A DNA stretch of 27,153 nucleotides, taken from IMG/VR virus record IMGVR_UViG_3300017912_003218, positions 1-27,153 of that record. One strand, given 5' to 3'. The position numbers and the translations under genes are program-made. The notes under the pieces were generated by a model. The model did no database searches. It had not been told where the DNA came from and worked only from the letters and a program-made list of their open reading frames with translations. Shown here one piece after another: positions 13,601-19,376 of this stretch; position 1 is the stretch's first letter; every line of letters starts with the position of its first letter. Origin of the DNA: a virus (taxonomy: Duplodnaviria; Caudoviricetes).

Positions 13601-13853
13601 AAAGATTTACATTTATCGTTGTTGCAAATTCATCAATGTCACCATTCAAAACTATAAAATGATTTAATGTGGTCTGTTCATCAACCTTTATGTATTGATC
13701 AATATTTTGAATTAGATCAATAGGACCACTTTTATACTCCTGACCAATATAATATTGCTTTAAAAATTCAGAGATAAGAGGGAACTCATTCTCAACATAA
13801 GTTGGGAGCTGGTTCTTGACGATGCTGCTAAACTTGATTCTTGTTTCTGCCAT
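1635..13853 (-). CDS. gp7: Giant baseplate wedge initiator gp7-like protein, 4072 aa
   Basis: gp7 core motifs NQLPTYVENEFPLISEFLKQYY, KDFYTSKGTDESYKILFKALY and LQDSFYYQNFSY...W...V...NHTLG; lies between gp6 and gp8; many internal repeats. Confidence 0.88.
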   Translation of the reverse strand: MAETRIKFSSIVKNQLPTYVENEFPLISEFLKQYYIGQEYKSGPIDLIQNIDQYIKVDEQTTLNHFIVLNGDIDEFATTINVNLSESPDGTNHFPDSYGLLKIGDEVITYTGKTSSSFTGCIRGFVGVTSYKADANPGDLVFNSTSSAEHKNGATIENLSCLFLKEFLNKTKLQILPGLSDRPLDSNLNQNVFIKQAKDFYTSKGTDESYKILFKALYGVNVEITKPRDYLFTPSNARNLVTSTFLVESINGNPSELESRTIFQGDNDETYTSIYGIEKVNAGTAKTFYKLSFDDGYNRDSRSLGSTIGTFKVAPKTHIIGNVSAGSTFIDVDSTIGFPNSGEIYVKYPNAITNTVGIVSYTSKTITQFLGCSNVTDTLIDGDTLSTEDFASIKPSDDEDLIEVRLTSVLSGFSKQDGIFDYKPGDQFNIKTLGIEDNTFKFKNWLYNNPVKYLINKIELISNVSPKTYKITLNKENYLFLGDSVTIDAIVGNESIDAEVLDIITDKVVTIRTSGTINTASSYSLLRKLKKVTSSVFPHLSKFHANVQNVYKKQYGDSILVASNSLPSYKDVPFIASKTARTFGGTFLGETININDHGFYGGESVYYTPQKTETTFTVDGEEFIETSIKSSLFSGDDGGEGVYYVFRVDNNNIKLAKSPANLYTSNFVSVPSSTTVTDNTIELVETKGKVIDSQRLYREISTPIDNNAKVETSPGATGILINGVEILNYKSKDLVHTGKVEKIEVTSPGNGFDIVNPPVLKVEDAVGSGATGFLAVSGSLRELQIVNRGFDFTDIPIVSITGGNGRDARALVNTKFISHSVEFFSDSNSDKVSIGATISTIGFSTYHKLRNGEQLVYKPNNQRVVGGLSTNSTYFAQVVDATTIKLHDTLEQAITGINTVVLSSHGIGKHILECVSQKLVIDSINVVDSGTGYENKKRSVVSTGINTSSDIITIENHDYKSGETLRYSAGTSTIGGLNDGTDYYVTVIDNNQFKLSEIRSTDSTFFYRTKQYVNLTSTGTGTQIFNYPPITVTVEGPVGIATVTGIESSAYKAEVQPIFRGELTSVHLSDHGSGYGTNNIINFKKLPNVSVVSGENAQVKPIVSSDGRIIEVIIENIGSNYTSIPDLNIISSSGIGCVLTPIIINGHLREVKVIEQGQGYVSGDVVIEVSTSERDFSFIPQIQKWRVNLFEKLYTNNVIQNDDIVLQKSLSDKYGLQCYSLYAPRSLREMIYSVSENGDTLYGKPDLKLVNSQETEFTDHSPIIGWAYDGNPIYGPYGYSNVNGGLVTLMKSSYKLNSSRVDGPPVSSFPLGFFVEDFTYHENNDDSYLDRNNGRFCITPEYPNGTYAYFVTVNPDSIESSGLFENYKLPQFPYVLGNSYYSTPNEFNFKTSSNQDDYDIESNNWCRNTISYNLREDNVDYPYIYSPNNLSQTGKIVSTNRGRVSRVEVKSSGDNYRVGDTLNFSDDTTGFGAAGRISRLKGRTVNSISAATSKLSNVELIPSSKKGTYIIESASPHNYQSLDVVNITGVSTTSSKIEGSYSIGVSSERFSLVGLGTTGVAVGNTSITGVVTFFNVSSSLIASNIVPNDILSIGTERVKVLNVDRTNSRFKVLREVDGTVGVSHTVGSTLSEDPRRFTIKSGFKTKYDFKRNREIYFNPAETVGLGTTAVGIGSVLQFSSFGLNTVGLGTTFGSSTLGVPIKSLYIKNHRLETGDVLTYSPNGGQGIVYNEVGSVGIAKTLSDGQDLFVAKISNDLIGIATQRVGLGSTGGFVGAGNTTTTLFFTGIGSGANHSFATNYSNITGDIVKRVVTVTTDENHGIRGEHFVNINVNPSFATTYVVKYNDTHRRVLVGIKTFSAVGVNSTSNTISISNHGYESGDKVIHSSTAPCQGLQNDGIYYVVKVDDDNIKLSNTYYDSTNLIPNVVGIASTSFGEFGLINPPIKVYRSSTLDFDISDSSLGFTQQSTQYSAFRLNFYLDDKYTNRWETDQSSSTFSVSRTGSSGIGTASVKVSIGQTTPERLYYSFDPVSNTILPEQKSEIIKDSEVLNNNSIITQNSVYNGNRRISIAGTNFFTFDLPETPEADSYTSTLSDLTYTTDCTHTNGPISEVEVTSSGKNYSTLPSILSINTVEGERGDLVSITEDIGIIEKVKIEDIGYDFPTDKTLKPSTSLPQILTIDAFAKVERIDIISGGRGYSSAPELIFFDGKTGDQITDLSTKYSLGDSTVTILSNTRGINNATPTVLPIKNTNGVGFSTVGFNTVTKEVTLNLSVGFSTSFPFEVGDRVIVENTSIGIGSTARGYNSKDYGYKLFTLTGITTNLGGLGSITYSLSDELNDGENPGIFDSINSSGVVSAEKNFPTFDILVSTSDYLSGEKVTTNEKEGVVQSWDRTTKILRVLSSDNFVSGDIVKGLTSELSGVTSKVTSYESYFETDASSQIFSGNQDISGFLNDNLQRLQDSFYYQNFSYSLKSTIPFDDWNDVISSVNHTLGYKKFSDLQIESTNLDQPAQVGISTEFTDVTIVSSLDGFIDTNCVFDFDIATENSLTLTDGTTLSDEITLNNKILTDFTESFGNRVLSIDDISSEFNSNPRATAFSILDNFNLGDFRFRKYFTYLKDKRFTQERQALIVDLIHDGFFGYLNQYARVETVYDQGSFDFSISGSEGQLLFFPTKSSVNDYDIAIISYNLNDNYLSTGSTSIGGVLIDSESVIVSSGTTANIVSIGNTYHSLKVLVEITPDVSNPSFGNTATFNSNEFEAQELNIVHDGANVSILEYGKLTTSPGGMSATGFGTYTARLDGSNVKLDFHPSGIGTNAIVNTIVVGLSSITSGISTSTYDLKHARLQSTMTDIASSGSPTENVVAEYPSHISTEEDRYDAGYFMIQVHDTTNDRYEFLEYFVVDDHIEGESTGGTFDTEFANIQTHSGLGTFGSRVIANSVGLAATTQVLFTPVAGIDATVHVYTNALRIEDDTKDEISFNNATIETGYGEYTGTERDIKRSFNLTHKNDNIFERSFTGAGINTVSDTITIPNHFYVTGEQIAYTGPGIGNTGSLGIGETTFPVAGVTTTLLPATGVFVVKVNDNSIKLARSAEDALKSVPKIVDLTSFGSLGIDQTHTFTATNQNPKVLVAIDNLIQSPVVSTAVTTTLGDNVVSTDNLIDFTGITSFFGGDLFKVGDEIMKIEGVGIGSTNTVSVRRGWMGTTIQTGLSTGDLVTKVVGNYNIVGNTLNFVEAPYGNTPIGTITNPPDQRDFTGITTSSNFQGRSFMRTAQADTANETYYKNYIFDDISDQFNSTENQFTLKSDGSNVTGISDEGAIVLINDIYQVTGGANNFTLSENTGITSITFTGTSRTITNDVGVSTFPKGGIIVSVGSQEGLGYQPLVAAGGTAIVSGLGTISSVSIGNSGSGYRSGIQTTVNVSVGTTSLSTPNLVAIGTASITDGHITAVTITNPGTGYTHSDPPFVVIDSPLSYSNLSLEYVSGTTGLGTEAKVSVVVGQGSSVIDFEITNTGHGYGNGEQLTVAIGGTTGIPTTSSFSSSNQFEVEIEKVISDKFTGWSLGVLDTFDDVSEFIDGTRVDFPLIKAGVSISINKSKGSKIELDQLLLVFVNEILQRPGESYQFNGGSQITFSEPLKIGDNLNIVFYKGSGDDLDVIDREVIETIKFGDEVTLNYDPDLGQKPYQQEDTRTISSITNVDKCNTLPYFGPGNVTDTTFERPITWCRQTQDKIINGQEVGKDREIYEPVINPTANIISSVGIGSTIIYVDRLRPLFNLNNENIDPTFRNTIQKGIKLVNPIVVTGAAATAVVSSAGTITSITINDGGVGYSTTPDVSVGIGSTTATATATISNGVVTGITITNPGAGYTYTNPPLVLIGPPAQQTESCDVSSYSGDSGIIVGLGTTSIGVGSTGLMFHLHIPLDSVMRDTDLVGTAVTISGLSIGDHFIVRNSNLGTASTSITALGTNNTTIVGIGSEYLDNAYVVNSVGIATQVIAGVTTSVAKVTVNTNINPNGVSGFSTGSFLGEYSWGKVIVNARTKELSYPARTLSGIGTNEFTGISTSSKVYRTRYIRFKKFG

Positions 13854-13871
13854 TTTTTCTATATCTCTAAA

Positions 13872-15959
13872 TTAGTAACCGCTACCTGAACCTGAAGGTG
13901 TTGATGAACCACCAGTTGCACCGCCAGTAGTACCGCTAGTGGTACTAGTAGTTGTACCTGCAAAAGAACTATTAGTCGAAGTAGTTGCATTCACTGCGTT
14001 GGTTGCTGCTGTAGTTGCAATATTTGCAGGACCACCAGCACGAACTAAATTACCTTCTGCATAAGAAGAAGATACAATGTAAGTAGATGCTGATGGATCA
14101 ATTCCTGATGCGATTTGGTCTGATACCATTTCAAACGTACTGTTACTAATATCTAGTTGCAAATAAAGGTCCTGTAATCCGACAACATCGTTTGACAAAG
14201 GTGTTGCCTGAATTTCTATGATTTCTTGATTGTCTTTTTGCATACCTGCAAGAATATTGATTGCATTAATGGTTATGATGCCATTTACATAATCGATAGT
14301 TCCTACATTAGATCGTACAACCACTGGATTTTGAGATCCTATATTGGGGACAGTAAAGAAAAATAAAGTTCCTGTTTGTCTGTTTGAATTAGGTATATCA
14401 CTAATATAAACATTCTCAGGAATTCCAGCGATTCTAAATGCACTAGATTTTATATTGTAACCATCAAGGCTAGAAATATAAAATTGATTACCAAATCCAA
14501 TTTGATATTCTGCAATAGCATTTGATGCTATCCTCAAATCTCTTCTCATCTTTACGACGGTAATATTTGAGGTTACTGATTCATGACTGTCGTCAATTAC
14601 TTTCAAAAACTTACTATACTTAAATCGAGCACCATACTTATTTAATTCAGTGGAATCAGCATATTTAGCAGCATTATTAGAAACCACTGTCGAAACTTCA
14701 GCAGATGATGGTGCTAGATTTGTATTATAATAAACTCTTGAACTTACTTCAAGGAAAAGATATTTAAGATCTAAAATTTCGGGAACAATACCCGCTACTG
14801 CATATTTCTTTAGTTTTAATTTAATATTATCTTTAATTAAATTTGGAAGAAAATCACCAAACCTGGGTTTAATACTAATGAAAACTTTTCCATATTGTGG
14901 AGGAATTAATTCTTCTCCACCAAATACAGAAATAGATTCCGTATCTGGATATATTTTTGAAGGGATTAACGTTTCATAATCATCTGCAGTTACTGCACGA
15001 TTTTGAGTTGAATAAACCTTTGGTGCATATTTTCTAACAGATTCGACTTGTTCAATTGAAGAACCACCTCTAGAACTATATTCTGGTGTTAAAAGTGATA
15101 TACCCTCTGTAACTGTATATTCATTTCCATCTCTGACATAAGTCAATCTACCATTAAAAGCAAATTGGGAGAATCCATTTCCAGAGTCTCCGTTGGTTAC
15201 CAGATAAGTTACTGTAACATAATTTTGGTCATCGAGTTTTTTACCAAAAATCCCATCTCCAAAGAATATTTCATATCTTTCATCAGATATTTCTTGTAAG
15301 TAGAAGATTTTTGAATTAGAACCAACATAGAATAAGTTATCCTGTAAAGAATATTTTACAGTTGCTGTAGAGGATGCATTATTTTTGACGCCAACTCTGA
15401 TTAAATCTGTATCAATTCCAGGATTTGGTAAAATAAACTTTTGTTGAGGGTTTCTTGCACTGTAAGTAAAGTTTTTCTCTATAACCGTCCCCTCATAGAT
15501 TGATATTTCATTAAAAGCAGCAATCCCATTGACCACAGGAACGGTTATATCATCCAAAATACAGAAGGAACCACTAGAACCACCAAAGACTCCTCTAGAC
15601 GCTGCCACAGTGCCTTTACGGAGGGTTATAGAGGCAGGTTTGGGTGTTATGTTAGTTGCATCAACAATAAAAGATATTGCAGATGTTGCTGCTTTTCTTG
15701 ATCTAGGGGTATATCCAATATTTCTTGCTAATGCAACGACATTTTCTCTTAAAGTTGCAGTGTCAATAAAAACTTCGTTTGCTACCATATTAGCATTATA
15801 CGAAGTAATGTACGTATTGTATGCTAATACATCTAGGATGGTTGATAGGTTAGAACCTTCAAAGTCATAGTCCGTAAAATTGGAATTTGACTTTAAATAT
15901 TCTTTGAGAGTAGTTTTAACGTCCTCAAAGTCTAGATTTGTAAAATTTACTAGTGACAT
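13872..15959 (-). CDS. gp6: Baseplate wedge subunit gp6, 695 aa
   Basis: LDFEDVK, FTDYDFEGSNLSTILDVLAYNT, NEVFIDTATLRENVVALARNIGYTPRS, TQNRAVTADDY, YGKVFISIKP. Confidence 0.95.
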   Translation of the reverse strand: MSLVNFTNLDFEDVKTTLKEYLKSNSNFTDYDFEGSNLSTILDVLAYNTYITSYNANMVANEVFIDTATLRENVVALARNIGYTPRSRKAATSAISFIVDATNITPKPASITLRKGTVAASRGVFGGSSGSFCILDDITVPVVNGIAAFNEISIYEGTVIEKNFTYSARNPQQKFILPNPGIDTDLIRVGVKNNASSTATVKYSLQDNLFYVGSNSKIFYLQEISDERYEIFFGDGIFGKKLDDQNYVTVTYLVTNGDSGNGFSQFAFNGRLTYVRDGNEYTVTEGISLLTPEYSSRGGSSIEQVESVRKYAPKVYSTQNRAVTADDYETLIPSKIYPDTESISVFGGEELIPPQYGKVFISIKPRFGDFLPNLIKDNIKLKLKKYAVAGIVPEILDLKYLFLEVSSRVYYNTNLAPSSAEVSTVVSNNAAKYADSTELNKYGARFKYSKFLKVIDDSHESVTSNITVVKMRRDLRIASNAIAEYQIGFGNQFYISSLDGYNIKSSAFRIAGIPENVYISDIPNSNRQTGTLFFFTVPNIGSQNPVVVRSNVGTIDYVNGIITINAINILAGMQKDNQEIIEIQATPLSNDVVGLQDLYLQLDISNSTFEMVSDQIASGIDPSASTYIVSSSYAEGNLVRAGGPANIATTAATNAVNATTSTNSSFAGTTTSTTSGTTGGATGGSSTPSGSGSGY

Positions 15960-15960
15960 T

Positions 15961-16362
15961 TTACCTGGTTGGTTGCAATACGAATTCTAATTGTTGTGGT
16001 GGAATATCAGCTCCTATAATGTCATATGTGATGACTACATCAAACGCATTGCCATCAATATTGGCATTTGCATCTACAGACTTTAAATTAACTCTAGGTT
16101 CATAGATTCTAATTGATTCTTCAATTTGCTTTTGAATTTCAATAGCAGTTAAATCATCTGCATTTTCAAAAAGAGATTCAGTAATGCGAGATCCAAATCT
16201 TGGATTGAAAAATTTCTCTCCAGGATTTGTAAAAACAATATTTTTCACTGATCTCGCGATTGCATTCTCATTTTTCATTGCAATCAGGTCTTTAGTCAGA
16301 GGATTAGTCTGAAAAGACATACTAATATCTTTAAATCCTTGACTTATCCTTTCTAAAGGCAC
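15961..16362 (-). CDS. gp25: Baseplate wedge subunit gp25, 133 aa (GTG start)
   Basis: AIARSVKNIVFTNPGEKFFNPRFGS, YEPRV motifs of the gp25/GPW family; directly upstream of gp6. Confidence 0.93.
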   Translation of the reverse strand: MPLERISQGFKDISMSFQTNPLTKDLIAMKNENAIARSVKNIVFTNPGEKFFNPRFGSRITESLFENADDLTAIEIQKQIEESIRIYEPRVNLKSVDANANIDGNAFDVVITYDIIGADIPPQQLEFVLQPTR

Positions 16363-16383
16363 AACAATACGGCAATTATGTAT

Positions 16384-16391
16384 TATTTATC
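16384..16391 (-). promoter_or_regulatory. T4-type late promoter (GATAAATA)
   Basis: tatttatc on + strand about 21 nt upstream of the gp25 start. Confidence 0.75.
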
Positions 16392-16409
16392 AAGGATTTT
16401 CCGCATTTT

Positions 16410-16571
16410 TTATTCGTATAATGGTTCTGGATCACTCTCATTGGAAAAAATCTCACCTTCTTGATGAAGTTTTTTCTTTTTTGGTGTCAAATCATCATTT
16501 GCAATCTCACGCAGCATCTTTTGATGCTGTTGATTAGCTAAATTATCCAAAAAATCGTGTTTGGTACTCAT
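16410..16571 (-). CDS. Small hypothetical protein, 53 aa (not in ORF track)
   Basis: MSTKHDFLDNLANQQHQKMLREIANDDLTPKKKKLHQEGEIFSNESDPEPLYE*; AGGAA SD at 16576-16580 and own late promoter. Confidence 0.8.
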   Translation of the reverse strand: MSTKHDFLDNLANQQHQKMLREIANDDLTPKKKKLHQEGEIFSNESDPEPLYE

Positions 16572-16587
16572 ATTTTTCCTTTTTTGC

Positions 16588-16595
16588 TATTTATT
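16588..16595 (-). promoter_or_regulatory. T4-type late promoter (AATAAATA)
   Basis: tatttatt 16 nt upstream of the 53-aa ORF. Confidence 0.7.
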
Positions 16596-17304
16596 AAGGG
16601 TCAATAGGACGATCTTCTTGCGATTTATACATATCTTCGACTTTTTCTTCTTCAATTTTACGTTCTTTTGCCGTTTTCCAGAAATATTCATCTTCACGAC
16701 CCATTCCAAGACGCTCATAACCATTCTCAACACTATAATATTGTGTTGAAACCTTAAAATCGGGCATTTTAGGATCAACAGGTGTCAAACTATTGTCAAA
16801 AATACGCATTCTATTGTTTGGATACAGTGCATACTGTCCATTTTCCAGTTCAATCAGGTTATGTGACTTATGTTCTGCTGGATTTTCACTTGTTGCGTAA
16901 TCAATTACATCAGGATCTTGGTGATAGTTATCTATAGTACAGATATATGCACCTTTTTGAATACCAAAATCGCGTGTATACAACTCAAAATCCATACTAC
17001 CAATGAATTGCTTATGAATCGACATGACTCCGTAATCCATACAATTCCAGAATTGTAGGTTAGGTAGGTCCATATCAGGTGAAGGAGTTTTAGGGGCGCT
17101 TACAAACGCGCTGATGGGCAATTTATCATACATTGCCGCATATTCTGGTAAATATGTCTCAAAATAAAAGGCACGACCAGGTATTGACTTAGCCGAAATC
17201 CAGATGCCTTTTACAAATTCACCATGTCCTGATTGATGATCTGTCAGATATTCTTTTCTTACCCATACTTCCTCTGAGGGAAGATTACAAATTAATGCGC
17301 TCAT
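16594..17304 (-). CDS. Conserved-type phage hypothetical protein (~236 aa)
   Basis: Long ORF; likely start MSALICNLP at 17304 via ATGA overlap with the SET gene stop; motifs VWVRKEYL, YDKLPISAF, EHKSHN, YPNNR typical of marine T4-like phages. Confidence 0.8.
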   Translation of the reverse strand: MSALICNLPSEEVWVRKEYLTDHQSGHGEFVKGIWISAKSIPGRAFYFETYLPEYAAMYDKLPISAFVSAPKTPSPDMDLPNLQFWNCMDYGVMSIHKQFIGSMDFELYTRDFGIQKGAYICTIDNYHQDPDVIDYATSENPAEHKSHNLIELENGQYALYPNNRMRIFDNSLTPVDPKMPDFKVSTQYYSVENGYERLGMGREDEYFWKTAKERKIEEEKVEDMYKSQEDRPIDP

Positions 17305-17669
17305 GTCCAATCTTTTTCATCTGCAGAATATCTATACAACAATTCTTCACCTTTTTTAACATCCCGAATAGTAATATAGAAGTCTTCTTCATGAATCCCT
17401 AGATTTGGATTATCTGAATGGTTGACATAGTATGCCTGATAGATTCTATCAAGGTCACAATCAATCCAGAATCCTTCCTCATCGCACCATGTTAGAGATA
17501 CGATGTTATCTTCCATCCATTTTGGTATCTTATCCCAGGGCACCTTTACTACCTTTTGACGTTCTTTCCAGATAATAGTGCCCTTTGGAATATCACATAA
17601 AGAAAAAACACCCACCCCACCACAGACTTTACTGGGTGCGAGATAGGTGTAAAGGGTTAGATCATACAT
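17301..17669 (-). CDS. SET-domain protein-lysine methyltransferase, 122 aa
   Basis: SET signatures: S(KV)CGGVGVF...DIPKGT, YVNHSDNPN (NHSxxPN), RDVKKGEELLYRY (ELxxxY). Confidence 0.88.
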   Translation of the reverse strand: MYDLTLYTYLAPSKVCGGVGVFSLCDIPKGTIIWKERQKVVKVPWDKIPKWMEDNIVSLTWCDEEGFWIDCDLDRIYQAYYVNHSDNPNLGIHEEDFYITIRDVKKGEELLYRYSADEKDWT

Positions 17670-17801
17670 TTAACGTCCTTGTCCACGATACTTCTTTTTT
17701 GCTTTATTACGAGAAGTCGCGGAAATCAAAGTATATTGCGAGTTTCCTTGGCGAGTTTTTTTGGGTTTGCTCTTAATATAAGAGCCGCCTTTCATCATCA
17801 T
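17670..17801 (-). CDS. Small very basic protein, 43 aa (not in ORF track)
   Basis: MMMKGGSYIKSKPKKTRQGNSQYTLISATSRNKAKKKYRGQGR*; GAGG SD at 17811-17814; stop abuts the SET ATG; the YRGQG end is typical of marine T4-like phage small proteins. Confidence 0.85.
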   Translation of the reverse strand: MMMKGGSYIKSKPKKTRQGNSQYTLISATSRNKAKKKYRGQGR

Positions 17802-17812
17802 AGTTCAGTACC

Positions 17813-18583
17813 TCAAATAACGCGCATCTTCTCATGTCCAACACGAATCCGAGGATCGCACCAGATATCAAATCCTTCTTCCTTGGCATCAAGACAGAAC
17901 GACACATCTTCGCCACACATGTCCTGTACATTACCACTCTCAAAGACTTGCATCTTAGGAGCAAACCAAGGATACTCAAGATTCTCAAAGACACCCTTCT
18001 TAATGAGCACCCATCCAAAACCTGTGTAATCTACAGTGAAAGGCTTACGCCGCTTACTGATGGATTCCACTGTTTCATGGTTCATTACTCCACCATTGTT
18101 ACGGAACTCATCTTCTTCCAACCAATGTGCAACAGAAGTAGTTTGACCATCTTCAGTAGCATACCATCCTGCAACAATCTCTTTCTCTTTACCTTCTGAA
18201 TCAATTGCCATATCACACAATTGCCAGAACTTCTCTGTGTTGAATACAATATCACTATCAATCCACAACTGATAGTCATATTCTAACTTACCATCCCAAG
18301 GAATCTGCTTGGGACCACGAAGTACGTTTGCACCCAAACACTTACAACGTGCAAAGTTAACCATAGAAGAGTAATCTTGACTGATCTGAATACTCATTCC
18401 ATTCTGTACCATATCAAAGCACAGTTGCACAAAGTTCTTCAGAAATGTAAAAGAACATCCACGACCAGGAAGACAGAATACAATCGTCTTACCCCTCATT
18501 CGTTCTTTGATGGATGCAATATCCCAGTCTTCTGCTTTTTTCTTTGCAGGTGTTTTTGCCTTAACCGTAAATCCTTTTGCCAT
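17813..18583 (-). CDS. Glycosyltransferase (GT-A fold)-like cyanophage protein, 256 aa
   Basis: VNFARCKC, LWIDSDIVF (DxD), YTGFGWVLIKKGVFE, GEDVSFC, RVGHEK follow the GT-A/GT2 motif order. Confidence 0.75.
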   Translation of the reverse strand: MAKGFTVKAKTPAKKKAEDWDIASIKERMRGKTIVFCLPGRGCSFTFLKNFVQLCFDMVQNGMSIQISQDYSSMVNFARCKCLGANVLRGPKQIPWDGKLEYDYQLWIDSDIVFNTEKFWQLCDMAIDSEGKEKEIVAGWYATEDGQTTSVAHWLEEDEFRNNGGVMNHETVESISKRRKPFTVDYTGFGWVLIKKGVFENLEYPWFAPKMQVFESGNVQDMCGEDVSFCLDAKEEGFDIWCDPRIRVGHEKMRVI

Positions 18584-18606
18584 GTTTTTGAAGTTACTTC
18601 AGTTCA

Positions 18607-18635
18607 ATTATAGTATGTGTTATGTAGTCTGTCAA
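18607..18635 (-). promoter_or_regulatory. Perfect sigma70 promoter TTGACA-N17-TATAAT
   Basis: tgtcaa 18630-18635, attata 18607-18612, upstream of the GT-like gene. Confidence 0.9.
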
Positions 18636-18850
18636 TATGAATCTTCACCCATGGGTTCTGCAATATTATCCGTACCACCATACCCAGTGGGGAGATTGCA
18701 CTCCTCATATGTTAAATCCTCAAGTTCATAATCAGTTTTCATTAGACCAACCATTCCCTTGAGGGTTTTCCATGTGTGATTAAATTCTTCTGTGCTAAGA
18801 TTGTTATATAAACACTCTTCTTTTGCATATATGTGATAAACCTTTTCCAT
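18632..18850 (-). CDS. Hypothetical protein, 72 aa
   Basis: ORF with GGAGG SD at 18861-18865; YHIYAK..CLY motif. Confidence 0.8.
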   Translation of the reverse strand: MEKVYHIYAKEECLYNNLSTEEFNHTWKTLKGMVGLMKTDYELEDLTYEECNLPTGYGGTDNIAEPMGEDSY

Positions 18851-18996
18851 CGGTTTTTTACCTCCGGGAATTTTTTTTCTAAAATGAAATCAACTTTCGC
18901 ATTATATATCAAGGTCGATTTGTCACCTCTGTAGGTTACAGGGACCCATCGTTTTTATATCACGCCCGCCGACGATAACAACGAACGCCCGCAAAT

Positions 18997-19114
18997 AACT
19001 GCCAAAAACTGATACCCACTGCCATCATATCACGGAAGCAAACTGATGTCAACCCCCGTGATATAAGAACTGTTAAGTGTTGCTAACTGCCCAGAGAGTA
19101 ACTGTCAGCAACTG
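18997..19114. repeat. Array of same-orientation AACTG pentamers
   Basis: AACTG at 18997, 19007, 19041, 19068, 19085, 19100, 19110 plus CACTG at 19017; several 10 bp apart. Confidence 0.6.
19024..19052 (-). promoter_or_regulatory. sigma70 promoter TTGACA-N17-(TGa)TATGAT, extended -10
   Basis: tgtcaa 19047-19052, atcata 19024-19029; overlapped by inverted repeat ATATCACGG/CCGTGATAT. Confidence 0.8.
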
Positions 19115-19122
19115 CTATGTAA

Positions 19123-19299
19123 TTACCAACGGACAGGTACACTCAGGTCCTCTACGTAGCTGTCAATCAACCGCTCATTTCCTTCGAGTTCAAATAGATC
19201 CTCCCAGGAAATTTGATGCGGGTCAAAGTCTTCCATCACCTCTAAATCTAGGGTGATTCTATAACGTTGCTTCTGTGCCTGACTGATAGCGACTGACAT
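19123..19299 (-). CDS. Hypothetical acidic protein, 58 aa
   Basis: Start corrected to MSVAISQAQ (GGAG SD at 19306-19309); the longer track ORF starts inside the promoter. Confidence 0.8.
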   Translation of the reverse strand: MSVAISQAQKQRYRITLDLEVMEDFDPHQISWEDLFELEGNERLIDSYVEDLSVPVRW

Positions 19300-19327
19300 G
19301 ATTGACTCCGTTGGTGATGACTTTGTT

Positions 19328-19356
19328 ATTATAGAATGGTGGGGCGATATTGTCAA
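19328..19356 (-). promoter_or_regulatory. Perfect sigma70 promoter TTGACA-N17-TATAAT
   Basis: tgtcaa 19351-19356, attata 19328-19333. Confidence 0.9.
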
Positions 19357-19368
19357 TCTTCCAATCAG

Positions 19369-19376
19369 TATTTATA
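19369..19376 (-). promoter_or_regulatory. Perfect T4 late promoter TATAAATA
   Basis: tatttata on + strand, in tandem upstream of the sigma70 promoter. Confidence 0.65.

Noticed and set aside
2305-15870. Plus-strand and off-frame ORFs within gp7/gp6 (e.g. 2305-2502, 6049-6336, 15529-15870)
   Set aside because: Antisense or frame shadows of long structural genes; no SD or promoter support
16561-18731. Overlapping ORFs such as 16561-16749, 16587-16778, 17679-18029, 17773-18018, 17834-18199
   Set aside because: Overlap better-supported minus-strand genes carrying recognisable motifs
19300-19356. N-terminal extension of ORF 19123-19356
   Set aside because: The TTG start is the -35 hexamer of a perfect promoter; the SD supports ATG at 19299
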